DNA of 64,000 nt from Oligoflexales bacterium. Its GTDB lineage: Bacteria > Bdellovibrionota_B > Oligoflexia > Oligoflexales > Bog-1112. Both the position numbers and the translations under genes were made by a program. The notes below the pieces were generated by a model. The model was not told where the DNA came from, ran no database searches, and saw nothing but the letters and a program-made list of their open reading frames with translations. The stretch spans positions 1 to 64,000 of the forward strand of contig JBGCDR010000060.1 in the NCBI GenBank assembly GCA_045105515.1, read 5' to 3'. Below are positions 48,724-58,303 of this stretch, one piece after another (position 1 is the first letter of the stretch; every line of letters starts with the position of its first letter).

Positions 48724-48900
48724 GCTTAAAAATTCAAAAAAAATCGTAATTTTGCCTATACTACAGGCTAGTCGACCGAGAACCCAAAGCAGTCAACAGA
48801 CCTTGAAAAAAAAGTAGGCAGGTTTTACCCCTCTGAATATATTGCTTCCTTATTCCACAGATGAAACAATATCCATAGGTATGTATACCCAAATATACAA

Positions 48901-49983
48901 ATGTTTATATATTGGTTGCCTATGTTTAAATTTCCACCTATCGCTGTCGATATCGGATCATCTGCTATAAAGATTGTAGAGATATCTGGCACAAACAAAA
49001 AAAAGCTACGAAGCGTTGGTATCGAACTTGTACCAGAGGGAACAATTAGCGATGGCATGATTTCAGACATACCTACAGCTCAACAAGCCTTAAAAAGGCT
49101 CATAAAGCGCCTTCGCATTAGTACACTACGCAGAAGGGCCTGTCTTTCTTTAGGTGGTAGTTCGGTAATCATCAAAAAAGTTAGCTTTCCAAACAAAGAT
49201 GAAGACGAATTAGCTGATATGGTGGAAGCTGAGGCAGAACAACATTTTCAGCACGATCTTGACGATTTGCACTATGACTGGCACGCATTAGAAGCCCAAC
49301 CAAATCAACAAGATCGATCAGTAGTCTTAATAGGGGCAAAAAGAGAAATTGTTGACCAACATATTGAAGTTGCTAAAGCTATTGGACTCAGGATTGCTGT
49401 CATAGAATGTGATGTTTTTGCCCTGTTCAATATGTTTGAATATAACTTTGGAACAGTTCCAGGCTTGATTGCGCTCACTAATATTGGCGCCACTTCTTCT
49501 CAAGTTTCTCTAATTGGAAATGGTCAATATCTTTTTACTCGTGATATCGCAATTGCTGGAGACAACTACACTAAAGCTCTATCTTCAGCATTGAATATTG
49601 CTCCTGAAAATGCTGAAGCTGTAAAAATTGCAGCTAGTGAGGGTGGAGCTTCTGTAACTCCCGAAATCCAAAAAGTAATTGCCGAGATCAATCAACAACT
49701 AGTATCTGAACTTCAAGTTACAACTGATTTCTTTTTTCAAAGTGGTGAAGCTCCTTTAGATTTAAATGCACTATCCGCAATTTTTCTTACTGGCGGAGCT
49801 TCAAGAACAATTGGACTGGACTCTGCAATATCTTCTGCAATGAATATTCCGGTAAATATCATAAATCCATTTCATAAAGTTGAAATTCCCAGCAAATTTC
49901 CAATGGAAAGCATCCTAAGCCAAGGACACTTATATGGTATAGGAGTTGGGCTTGCTCTCAGAGAGGTAGAAGACAATATTTAG
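48901..49983 (+). CDS. pilM: Type IV pilus assembly protein PilM
   Basis: AVDIGSSAIKIVE, NIGA, FTRDI.IAG, LTGGAS, VGLALR. Start may be 48922. Confidence 0.93.
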   Translation: MFIYWLPMFKFPPIAVDIGSSAIKIVEISGTNKKKLRSVGIELVPEGTISDGMISDIPTAQQALKRLIKRLRISTLRRRACLSLGGSSVIIKKVSFPNKDEDELADMVEAEAEQHFQHDLDDLHYDWHALEAQPNQQDRSVVLIGAKREIVDQHIEVAKAIGLRIAVIECDVFALFNMFEYNFGTVPGLIALTNIGATSSQVSLIGNGQYLFTRDIAIAGDNYTKALSSALNIAPENAEAVKIAASEGGASVTPEIQKVIAEINQQLVSELQVTTDFFFQSGEAPLDLNALSAIFLTGGASRTIGLDSAISSAMNIPVNIINPFHKVEIPSKFPMESILSQGHLYGIGVGLALREVEDNI

Positions 49984-50013
49984 GAGAATTACCGCCAATA
50001 AGGTAAATGCATT

Positions 50014-50769
50014 TTGATAAATATTAATCTTTCTCCAATTGAAGAACGTGAAAACAAGCTATGGTTCCTTCCAGATGTAATCTTATTTTGCCTAATTACG
50101 TTTGGTGGATATGCTGCAGCCACCTTTTATTTAGGCCAAATTGAAGATGAAATTATTAGAACCAATGTGGAAAGGCAAGAGCTAGAAAAAAGCTATCGTA
50201 GACTCAAACCTGATTTAGAAAGATTTGCGCAGCTCAATAAGGAAGTTGAACAGCTAAAGAAAAAACTCAATTCTCTAAAACAGATTACTGTTTCAAAGAT
50301 TGCCAGATACAAACCAATAATTCTTCTTGAACATTTACAAAACCTAAAACCAGATGGAGTATGGTTTACCTTCTTAAAAGATGAGTCACAAGACAATATT
50401 ATACGACTTACTGGTCGGTCATTTGACAATCTTTTAGTTGCTGAATTTATGTCTGCATTGTTAGCCACGCGTCTTCAAGAGGTCGATTCTAGCGACATTA
50501 GAACCCAAGTATTCTTTTCAGCTGCAAACTTAGGGAGAGTCGCAATTGCAGATGCTAGAGCGAACCAAGTACAAACACAAAGATCTGATGAAGAATACAG
50601 AGCTTTTATTGCTACTCAAGATAATAAACTCGCTGAAGGTGCACCAAGTAGTTCAGGTGGAGGTTCAAGCTCTAGCGCTTTTCCCGAAATGGATAAATTC
50701 CCATCTTTTGAATTGAGTCTTCAATATCAAGAAAGAGGCAGCTTAGCAGATGAATCTATTGAAAATTAA
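50014..50769 (+). CDS. pilN: Type IV pilus assembly protein PilN
   Basis: MININLSP motif, TM helix, coiled coil, PDGVWFT; follows pilM. Confidence 0.85.
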   Translation: MININLSPIEERENKLWFLPDVILFCLITFGGYAAATFYLGQIEDEIIRTNVERQELEKSYRRLKPDLERFAQLNKEVEQLKKKLNSLKQITVSKIARYKPIILLEHLQNLKPDGVWFTFLKDESQDNIIRLTGRSFDNLLVAEFMSALLATRLQEVDSSDIRTQVFFSAANLGRVAIADARANQVQTQRSDEEYRAFIATQDNKLAEGAPSSSGGGSSSSAFPEMDKFPSFELSLQYQERGSLADESIEN

Positions 50770-50791
50770 TTTGAGCTTGGAAAATTAAAAA

Positions 50792-51523
50792 ATGGATCTG
50801 GAAACAATAAAAACAGGCTATAGACAGCTAGCTATAATTAAAAAGCTTGTAATTATAACCGTGATTGGCGTAACTCCAGGAAGTTGTAAATTTTTTGAAG
50901 AGGGCCCTCTACTTAGAGATGACCTTGAGAGAGCTACTAATTCACGTGATGCCGCAAAGCTAAAATTTAAGAAAGCTGCAGAACAAAAAGAAAACCTCCC
51001 AAAGCTTGAAGAAAAGCTAGCTTATACCGAGGACGAATTACAAAAAGCTAGCAATAAATTACCAGACGAATTTATTATGGGAAAGATATTACAAAAAACT
51101 TCTATGATTGCCCAAGATGTGGGCATAGAACTAAGGTTATTTCAACCAGGACAAGGGGTACCTGCAGGGACAGTTTTTAAATATGTAGAGCTTCCTATTG
51201 CTTTACAAATAATTGGAACATATGGGCAAATAGCTACTTTTTTTGACCGAGTTGTCCACTTAGACCTTCTAGTTCACGTAAAAAATATTGAATTATCATT
51301 AGCGGGAAACTTAGATGCCAGTAGTTCTGAAAAAGCTGCACAACAGATCAAGGATAAAGACCTGCAAACGGAAGCAATTCAACGAGCTAGACGTGAAAAT
51401 GCAAAAATAATGGGTAGCGCAAACATGATAATTTTCAGAACTTTAAGTCGTCAGGAAGAGCTCGCCCTAGAAGCAGCAGCTCAGAAGAGCGCAAAAAAGA
51501 ATAAGAAAAGTGGCAAGAAATAA
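50792..51523 (+). CDS. pilO: Type IV pilus assembly protein PilO
   Basis: TM, coiled coil, KLP, LFQP, YVELPI.L.IIGTY.QI..FFDRV. Confidence 0.85.
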   Translation: MDLETIKTGYRQLAIIKKLVIITVIGVTPGSCKFFEEGPLLRDDLERATNSRDAAKLKFKKAAEQKENLPKLEEKLAYTEDELQKASNKLPDEFIMGKILQKTSMIAQDVGIELRLFQPGQGVPAGTVFKYVELPIALQIIGTYGQIATFFDRVVHLDLLVHVKNIELSLAGNLDASSSEKAAQQIKDKDLQTEAIQRARRENAKIMGSANMIIFRTLSRQEELALEAAAQKSAKKNKKSGKK

Positions 51524-51551
51524 AATATTTTAGCCAAAATTTAGGACCACT

Positions 51552-52433
51552 ATGATCAATATTTTTCTAATATTTATATATATTATTACCCCAATTACCT
51601 TAATTGCTCAAACAGATACTCCTCAGCAAAAAGGAACTGAAGATCCGGATATCTATCAAGAAGATGGATATTGGGAAAGTTATTCCCAATCGCCTACGAG
51701 CGGAAATATAGGTAAAGAGGTAACAAAGGATGTCAATATCAAAAATATAGTATCAGTTTCAGATGACTACACTTATGCTTCTTTTGGTAGACCAGATCCA
51801 TTTGTACCTCCACTCTTATCAAGTCACATAACTCAATTAGAAATACCCATCGTAAGTCTTTTACAAAAGTATCGACTAGATGAACTGAGAGTAGTAGGTA
51901 TTTGGACCCTTGAAAACAATGCACGAAAAGCACTCATGACCTCAAGTAATGATGAAGGAGTCATTGTTTCTATTGGCGATCATGCAGGTAATAGAGGTGG
52001 AAAAATAATAGCCATAGAGCCCGATGTCGTAAAAGTTAGAGAATTTACCCTTGCACCAGATGGCACAAGACAATTCAATGACCGAGAGCTCTGGTTAGGC
52101 GACGAAATGCCAGAAAGAGAGGAAAAGCTATTTATAAAGTCTACTAACAAGCCTCTCGACGATGAAGCAAGTTATAGTGGTCAAGACTTTCTTGACACAA
52201 CAGATCAAGAACAGAACCGTGTCAATAAACTTATGGGAACTCCTACTGAAGGAAACATTGAGGAAAACCTAGGGGAAGACAGGGGGCCTACAACAGACAG
52301 AGAGCCAATAAAAGAAAATGCACCAGAAGCACCATTTCAGTCTGATACAGAAAACATAAAGAATCCGAATAATGCTGACACAAAGAAGGTAATCGAAAGC
52401 ATAGGAAAACAATTACCTGTTGAAGGAAAATAA
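51552..52433 (+). CDS. pilP: Type IV pilus assembly protein PilP with acidic C-terminal extension
   Basis: Y...GRPDPF.P, LQKYRLDELRVVGI, V.IGD..G.RGGKI. Confidence 0.85.
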   Translation: MINIFLIFIYIITPITLIAQTDTPQQKGTEDPDIYQEDGYWESYSQSPTSGNIGKEVTKDVNIKNIVSVSDDYTYASFGRPDPFVPPLLSSHITQLEIPIVSLLQKYRLDELRVVGIWTLENNARKALMTSSNDEGVIVSIGDHAGNRGGKIIAIEPDVVKVREFTLAPDGTRQFNDRELWLGDEMPEREEKLFIKSTNKPLDDEASYSGQDFLDTTDQEQNRVNKLMGTPTEGNIEENLGEDRGPTTDREPIKENAPEAPFQSDTENIKNPNNADTKKVIESIGKQLPVEGK

Positions 52434-52463
52434 TCACAAAAAAACTGGTATAAAGAAGGAATT

Positions 52464-55400
52464 TTGATGATCAACATACAAAAACTGTTATTTTTGTGCA
52501 TGCACATTGTGTTGACAAGCCTTTATCTTGCATGCGCCAGTACGCAAGAGCAGGCTGATACGCAGAAAGTTCAAGAACCTGGTTTTTATGTTGACGAAAA
52601 CAATATTGGCCCATCTCCAGATAACAACAATTCGAATAAGCAAGAAGATTACGGCGAACAGGGCAATAATTATGAAAATGAGGGTAATCAAGGCAATTAT
52701 GATAACGAGGGTAATCAAGGCAATTATGATAGCGAGGGTAATCAAAGCAATTATGATAATGAGGGTAATCAGAAAAATTCAAATGAATATTCAAATGACT
52801 CCACTTCCAATTATGACGAAGAAAATAATCTGTTTGAAAACTCGACCGGAAATCAGTTTAGTTATAATGAAGAGTACGAAGATGGTGATGAGCAACAAGA
52901 AAATCAGCAAAATCCCAATGAACAGCTTCCTACTGAAAATCAAGAAAACTATACAAACGAATATTCTAAAGAAGAGCAAAGTGAACAAGTCGATGAACTT
53001 AACAATGAGGAAATTTCAGGCAACCTATTATGGTGGTTAGGGCTAGATTTTAGAGAAAAAGAAAGTACAGTGAAACTAGAAATGGTAACTATAGGTAAAC
53101 CAATTTATAAATTTTCGCAAAATCAAAACCCTTCAGGACAACCAGAATTAATCATCAAATTTTTAGATACAAAAATGCGGCGTAAACTTAAACGGCCTAT
53201 CGATGCAAGCGAATTTCTTAGTCCGGTAGCTTATATTCGTACCAGATATCATGGCGAAGATAATAGCACAGATGTAATCATCACCCTCAGGGATGCAATA
53301 AAACCTGAACTATTTTCTCATGATGGAAATATATTGTTAAGTTTCAAAATACCTGATCGATATTTTGGCAACTCTGAAGTAGGGCAGACTCCAAGTGGAA
53401 AAGTTGAAGTTTTAGGAGATTCCGACATAACTCCGGTTCTGTTGGCAGGAAGTGTTGGTCCGGATCAGGATGGTTTTCAACCTTCAGATCCTGCAACGGA
53501 GATGAACGAAAATTCACAAAACTACGGTGAAAATAACCAATCTAGTAATGAATCTGATTTTGACGAATATAACGATTCCGACCAAGATGTAAATCTATTT
53601 CAAAATAATAACAACTCCAATAATTTTGACAATAAACAAAAGAATAGCAAGGGAAATAATTCTAATAATAGCTATGAAAATCAAAATAGTGAAAAAATAA
53701 ATAACGAGAGGAATAGTAACGAGGAAGATCAGTATGAGGAAAATGACAATAACGCTGAACATGTTCCTCACACTAATGATTTAGAAATTAAGTCAATTAG
53801 TCTTTTTGCTGTTGCTCAGGACGACTTTGAAAATAACTACACAGACAATAATTACTATGGTGATGAGCCAATCAATTCTCAATCTGGACAAAGTGGCGAA
53901 AAAAATGTATTCAATGACTCCGAAGGCAACCAGTTTGACAATGGACTTTTTCAAGACAACGAAACTAATGAAATTAACACAAGCAATTTAGACAACAACT
54001 CAGACAATTTATTCAACGAACAAAATGTAGAAGCAAATAGCTATGATAACTATGATAATGTCGATCTTTCAGGAGAAGAAACCGAAGGACGAGATGCAGC
54101 TATCGAATCAAATTCACAGGCTCTACAGCCGATCAGCATGAACTTCAAAGGGGCAACTTTAAAAGAAGTAATCCGAACATTCACTACAGAAAATGGTGTT
54201 AATTTTATCTTTCCAGAAGATGTCGGAGCGGAAAAAGTATATTTAAGTTTCACAAACGTTCCATGGGATCAAGCACTTCAAGCTGTTCTTGAAACTCACT
54301 CCTTGGGAATCTCTAAACTTGATGGGGATGTAATCAGGATTGATCGTTTAACCACATTAGACAAGGAAAAGAAGGAGTTAGAAAAAGCGAGAGAAAGTGC
54401 TTCTCGCTTAATCCCAACAAAGGTCCTCATTGTTAGGTTATCTTATGCCACTGCTAAAGATGTCGTAAAAGTTGTCACTACTATGCTTGAATCTTACAAG
54501 CATGACAAAAGAACACGAGTTGAAGCTGACAATCGAACAAACTCAGTTATTGTGGAAGCGATCCCAACAGCCCTTTCGAAAATCAAAGCGCTAATCAATA
54601 GGGTAGATTTACAGACCCCACAAGTAAAAATTGACACACGAATTGTTGAAGTTTTAAAGAATGATACATTACAGTTAGGTATCAATTGGGCTATGCCATT
54701 ACGCACCGATCAAAGTCGAGGACTTGGTCTCGGAAATCTTCCCTTTCCAAATCAAATGTATTCTGCTTTTAGTGTTGATACCGGGATTGAACCAGCTAAC
54801 CTTAGTGGTCGATCCGCAATAGACTTTCACTTTGGTAGCATCAATAATTTGTTCGAACTCGACGTTCGTCTTAGAATGGCTGAACAGCAAAATCAATTAA
54901 GGAGTATACAAAACAACAGCGTAGTAGTCCTTGATAATGAAAAAGCTGAGACAAAAGTTGGACAGGTAATCTATACGCCTATACCAATTGGTGCTGGTGA
55001 AGATAGGCTCGTTGATGTTGAATATGCGCTAAAACTGACTGTTACTCCGCATATAACTGCCGATGGAGCTGTTCAAATGGACATAGAAGTAGAAAACTCC
55101 TCTGCCATTCAAGGTCAGGCAAAACCTATCCCTGACAAAAACACAAGGGTTGTCAAGACAAAGCTTCTGCGAGAAAATGGTGAAACCGCAGTCATAGGTG
55201 GAGTTTATACTACCGATTATACTCAAGAAATCGTGGGTGTTCCTTTCTTCTCTAAAATACCAATCCTTGGGGTTTTCTTCAGAAGCAAATCGAAACAAGA
55301 GGCTAAACGTGAGTTGATTATTATGGTGACTCCAACCGTCATTAATAGTGCTAAATCCCTTAGCGAATCATCCAGTAACAATGGAAATTTCGCAAGCGAT

Positions 55401-55700
55401 GGTAATGGATACGGCAACTCAAGCAGCAACTACGAAGCTAACAATAGTTACGGTTCATCAAACAATGCGGATTCTGGAAACTATTACAACAATCAAGGTA
55501 CTGAAGGTCAATCTGAAGATTACGGCAATGCAAATAATGCTGAAAGTAACGAGCAATACCAAAATGACAATTCAAACCAAGAAGAAAGCCAAGGCAATCA
55601 GGAAGCTGAATATGGAGAACAAGGAGAGCAACAATATCAAGATCAAGGCGAACAACAATCAGAAGGGCAAACTGAAAGCCAAGGTGATAACTACTACTAA
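52464..55700 (+). CDS. pilQ: Type IV pilus secretin PilQ with large low-complexity insertions
   Basis: Lipobox LA-C, AMIN-like domain, ISMNFKGA..., NVPWDQAL, LSYATA, DNRTNSVIV, PQVKIDTRIVE, LGINW, VTPHIT, GETAVIGG, VPFFSKIPILG.FF, ELIIMVTP. Confidence 0.92.
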   Translation: MMINIQKLLFLCMHIVLTSLYLACASTQEQADTQKVQEPGFYVDENNIGPSPDNNNSNKQEDYGEQGNNYENEGNQGNYDNEGNQGNYDSEGNQSNYDNEGNQKNSNEYSNDSTSNYDEENNLFENSTGNQFSYNEEYEDGDEQQENQQNPNEQLPTENQENYTNEYSKEEQSEQVDELNNEEISGNLLWWLGLDFREKESTVKLEMVTIGKPIYKFSQNQNPSGQPELIIKFLDTKMRRKLKRPIDASEFLSPVAYIRTRYHGEDNSTDVIITLRDAIKPELFSHDGNILLSFKIPDRYFGNSEVGQTPSGKVEVLGDSDITPVLLAGSVGPDQDGFQPSDPATEMNENSQNYGENNQSSNESDFDEYNDSDQDVNLFQNNNNSNNFDNKQKNSKGNNSNNSYENQNSEKINNERNSNEEDQYEENDNNAEHVPHTNDLEIKSISLFAVAQDDFENNYTDNNYYGDEPINSQSGQSGEKNVFNDSEGNQFDNGLFQDNETNEINTSNLDNNSDNLFNEQNVEANSYDNYDNVDLSGEETEGRDAAIESNSQALQPISMNFKGATLKEVIRTFTTENGVNFIFPEDVGAEKVYLSFTNVPWDQALQAVLETHSLGISKLDGDVIRIDRLTTLDKEKKELEKARESASRLIPTKVLIVRLSYATAKDVVKVVTTMLESYKHDKRTRVEADNRTNSVIVEAIPTALSKIKALINRVDLQTPQVKIDTRIVEVLKNDTLQLGINWAMPLRTDQSRGLGLGNLPFPNQMYSAFSVDTGIEPANLSGRSAIDFHFGSINNLFELDVRLRMAEQQNQLRSIQNNSVVVLDNEKAETKVGQVIYTPIPIGAGEDRLVDVEYALKLTVTPHITADGAVQMDIEVENSSAIQGQAKPIPDKNTRVVKTKLLRENGETAVIGGVYTTDYTQEIVGVPFFSKIPILGVFFRSKSKQEAKRELIIMVTPTVINSAKSLSESSSNNGNFASDGNGYGNSSSNYEANNSYGSSNNADSGNYYNNQGTEGQSEDYGNANNAESNEQYQNDNSNQEESQGNQEAEYGEQGEQQYQDQGEQQSEGQTESQGDNYY
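52668..52772 (+). repeat. 27-bp in-frame tandem repeat (about 4 copies; NYDNEGNQG) within pilQ
   Basis: AATTATGA(T/A)A(A/G)(C/T)GAGGGTAATCAA(G/A)GC repeated. Confidence 0.9.
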
Positions 55701-55735
55701 TTAAATCCCTAATTATTCCATTTTCGGGAGCAATA

Positions 55736-56698
55736 ATGAAGTCATGGGTTGAAGTCCTAAAAAACAAGAAGTTTGAAAGAAAAGATCAGAAAATGGTCAA
55801 ACGCTTCTTATCTAAGCCTTTCAACCAGGGTTTTCTGCCAATTGTCGAAGTACTCAAAAAGTATGATTTTCTCGATGAAGCCTTTGAATTGCTCAACTAT
55901 GGTGTAGGTAAGTATCCGCGGTATACTGCAGCGCGCATTTTATTTGCCAAAGAGCTGTATGAAAAGGGTTTGATACAAGATGCTTGGGATAAGGTGAAGA
56001 CCGCCAAAACTCCAATACATGAAAATATATTGGCTCAGAGAATATTATTCAAAGTCGCTATACTTAATGAACACGAAAACACAGCTAAGTCGGTTCTGCA
56101 ACATATGACCCACCGCAGACTCTTGGATAGAGAACTAGAACTTCTTGGTAAAAAGCTCAACTTAGGAGGCATAAAAGTAGCTAAGGCTTCACTTGTAGAG
56201 TACTTTAAAAATAAAGGAATTAGCATTGCCCTTGCAGTTAGCTCAAGACGAGCAGAAGGAGAAAAGCAAGGTAATATTCTCGGAAGTAATTCTCAGGCTT
56301 TTAACTTCAACCACAAGGTAATTTCTGACCCATCCCTTAAGCACTATCATGTAGTGCCACTTTCTCAGATATTTCATGCGAAAGATGAGCCCGATAACTA
56401 TAAAAAATCAAACGACACCAAGAATCTGGAAAGTCAAACCCTTGCAGAAATATACCAAAGACAAGGTCACTTTGAGAAATCACTTGAAATATATAGACGT
56501 TTGTTAAAAATATCTCCAGGAAACGACTATTTAAAACGGATGGTCATTGAAATTGCTAAAAAATCAGATGCTCAACAGCGCCAAGACCTAATGATTGATC
56601 CTGAGCTCGTTGAGACTGAAAATGAACCTAAAACAAAAGCAAATGTAAAGTTTTATAAGCATTTATTGGATAAGCTCGGCCATGAATCAAGCCCCTAA
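55736..56698 (+). CDS. TPR-repeat protein
   Basis: YPRYTAARILFAK and TLAEIYQRQGHFEKSLEIYRRLL..SPGN TPR motifs; overlaps the aroQ start. Confidence 0.75.
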   Translation: MKSWVEVLKNKKFERKDQKMVKRFLSKPFNQGFLPIVEVLKKYDFLDEAFELLNYGVGKYPRYTAARILFAKELYEKGLIQDAWDKVKTAKTPIHENILAQRILFKVAILNEHENTAKSVLQHMTHRRLLDRELELLGKKLNLGGIKVAKASLVEYFKNKGISIALAVSSRRAEGEKQGNILGSNSQAFNFNHKVISDPSLKHYHVVPLSQIFHAKDEPDNYKKSNDTKNLESQTLAEIYQRQGHFEKSLEIYRRLLKISPGNDYLKRMVIEIAKKSDAQQRQDLMIDPELVETENEPKTKANVKFYKHLLDKLGHESSP

Positions 56699-57155
56699 AA
56701 AATCATACGAAATCCTAATAGCAAATGGAGTGAATCTCGACCTATTAGGGCAAAGAGAAGAGAAGCACTATGGTTCTCAGAGTTTAAAAGAATTAGAATC
56801 CTACCTCATCGCCAAAGCAAAAAGGCTGAACAAATTTTTTGAATCAAGCAAAATAAACTTAAGCTTTTTTCAAAGTAATGATGAGTCCAAATTTTTAAGT
56901 GAACTGGACAAGCCTTGGGATGGTGCTGTCATCAACCCTGGCGCCTGGACTCACACATCACTTGCATTGGCTGACCGCTTGCTTGCCTTAAAACTAGTAT
57001 TTGTGGAAGTACATTTATCCCAACTTGCTTGCAGAGAGGAATTTAGGCAAAGATCTTTTTGCGCAGCCCATGCATTGGGGACAATTGCTGGGTTAGGCTT
57101 TGATTCTTACCTTACTGGTATAATAGCAATCACCCAATATTTAGAAAAATCTTAG
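56682..57155 (+). CDS. aroQ: Type II 3-dehydroquinate dehydratase
   Basis: NGVNLDLLGQRE..HYG, FQSN, INPGAWTHTS, EVHLS...REEFR. Confidence 0.93.
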   Translation: MNQAPKKSYEILIANGVNLDLLGQREEKHYGSQSLKELESYLIAKAKRLNKFFESSKINLSFFQSNDESKFLSELDKPWDGAVINPGAWTHTSLALADRLLALKLVFVEVHLSQLACREEFRQRSFCAAHALGTIAGLGFDSYLTGIIAITQYLEKS

Positions 57156-57475
57156 GTCTGATGCAACAACTTGACCAGATCAATAGCATTGGTTTTTGCC
57201 ATAAAACCGTATCTATGAGTTCCCTGTTCATCATTTTGAGCAAGACCCCAAATCAAGATTAATGGCACTTCGCAAGAATTCATTTTAAACACAAAATTGA
57301 CATCTGGCAGTATACGCTCGACGGTAGTGATTCCTAAACCACCCATCGAGTAGTCTTTTATTTGGAAAGTAATTTCTCTACCATCAGAAACTGCCACCAA
57401 CTTACCATCACAAACACCTTTAAAAGCTAAGCGTTTATGCTGTCTCAGATCTTTTACAGATAATGCACTGGCCAT
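57152..57475 (-). CDS. Stand-alone PilZ domain protein (c-di-GMP receptor)
   Basis: RQHKR (RxxxR) and DYSMGG (DxSxxG). Confidence 0.8.
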   Translation of the reverse strand: MASALSVKDLRQHKRLAFKGVCDGKLVAVSDGREITFQIKDYSMGGLGITTVERILPDVNFVFKMNSCEVPLILIWGLAQNDEQGTHRYGFMAKTNAIDLVKLLHQT

Positions 57476-57511
57476 ATCAATATCCTACAGCTTTTTTACT
57501 TCCACTAACTA

Positions 57512-57538
57512 CTGTCGGGTTTAAAAAGCGATAGTTTA
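57512..57538 (-). promoter_or_regulatory. sigma28/FliA-like promoter
   Basis: TAAA-N15-CCCGACAG upstream of the PilZ gene. Confidence 0.6.
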
Positions 57539-57587
57539 GCATACACGACAAACATTTAATTATTTGGTATAAATAGAGGGGATGGAC

Positions 57588-58289
57588 CTAGATCCATGCT
57601 AGTGTCCAGTTGCTTGGAGCTGGAGAGCCGGACCTTCGGAACGAATTCCAAAGCTGCGGCTCCGAGTAAGTACAAGACCGGAGAATGGTAATATTCTCCG
57701 GGCTTATACCGAAATTAATGAGTTCAAAGGCTCCAATAATAGCAAGATCCATATGCCAGCGGTCATGCTTACCCCGGTGCACTGCACAAGTGAGTTGACT
57801 CTGTGTTAATCCAAAACTTTCCTCGGCAAAAGAGCTCAAAACTTCAGGACCAACCTCGAAAGCCCCAAATCCAATACATGGACCAAAGAACGCAAAAAGA
57901 TCTTCCTTATCAGCATAAGTCATAGCTAGGCTAAGACCTCTTTTGACAATACCAGCAGCCAAACCCTTCCATCCAGCATGAATCACACTAACAAAGCTTT
58001 TAGATCGACTAGCAATGATGACAGGAAGACAGTCTGCAGTTTTTATCGCTAAAACTTGGCCTTTGGTCATACTGAAGAGGCCATCTCCTTTCTGAAGATG
58101 CTCAGGCAGATCCGTGCAGCCTTCCTGTGCCCGTACAAATTCAGTTCCATGCACTTGTTTCAGCTTATGACAACGAACTTCATCTGCCTTCACCACTCCA
58201 TGAATACAATATTGCAATCCAGCCCTGGAGAATGGATTTGTCTCGCTTGGAGAAGCGATGAAGCTCATTTTATTGATAGTTTCAAGCAT
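57588..58289 (-). CDS. pgeF: YfiH/PgeF family purine nucleoside phosphorylase/peptidoglycan editing factor
   Basis: QVHG, TADCLPV, HAGWKG, GPCIG..AFEVG, CT, SFRR. Confidence 0.88.
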   Translation of the reverse strand: MLETINKMSFIASPSETNPFSRAGLQYCIHGVVKADEVRCHKLKQVHGTEFVRAQEGCTDLPEHLQKGDGLFSMTKGQVLAIKTADCLPVIIASRSKSFVSVIHAGWKGLAAGIVKRGLSLAMTYADKEDLFAFFGPCIGFGAFEVGPEVLSSFAEESFGLTQSQLTCAVHRGKHDRWHMDLAIIGAFELINFGISPENITILRSCTYSEPQLWNSFRRSGSPAPSNWTLAWI

Positions 58290-58303
58290 ATACTTCTCTA
58301 AGC

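Noticed and set aside
52668..52772. 27-bp repeats as a possible CRISPR array
   Set aside because: The units are directly tandem with no spacers, are in frame within pilQ, and no cas genes are present.
52471..53040. Repetitive alternative-frame ORFs (YPRYHNCLD, MITLAIII, VIKAIMI repeats)
   Set aside because: By-products of the 27-bp repeat inside pilQ.
55736..57155. aroQ attached to the pil operon as a novel association
   Set aside because: Shikimate genes downstream of pilQ are a long-known conserved arrangement.
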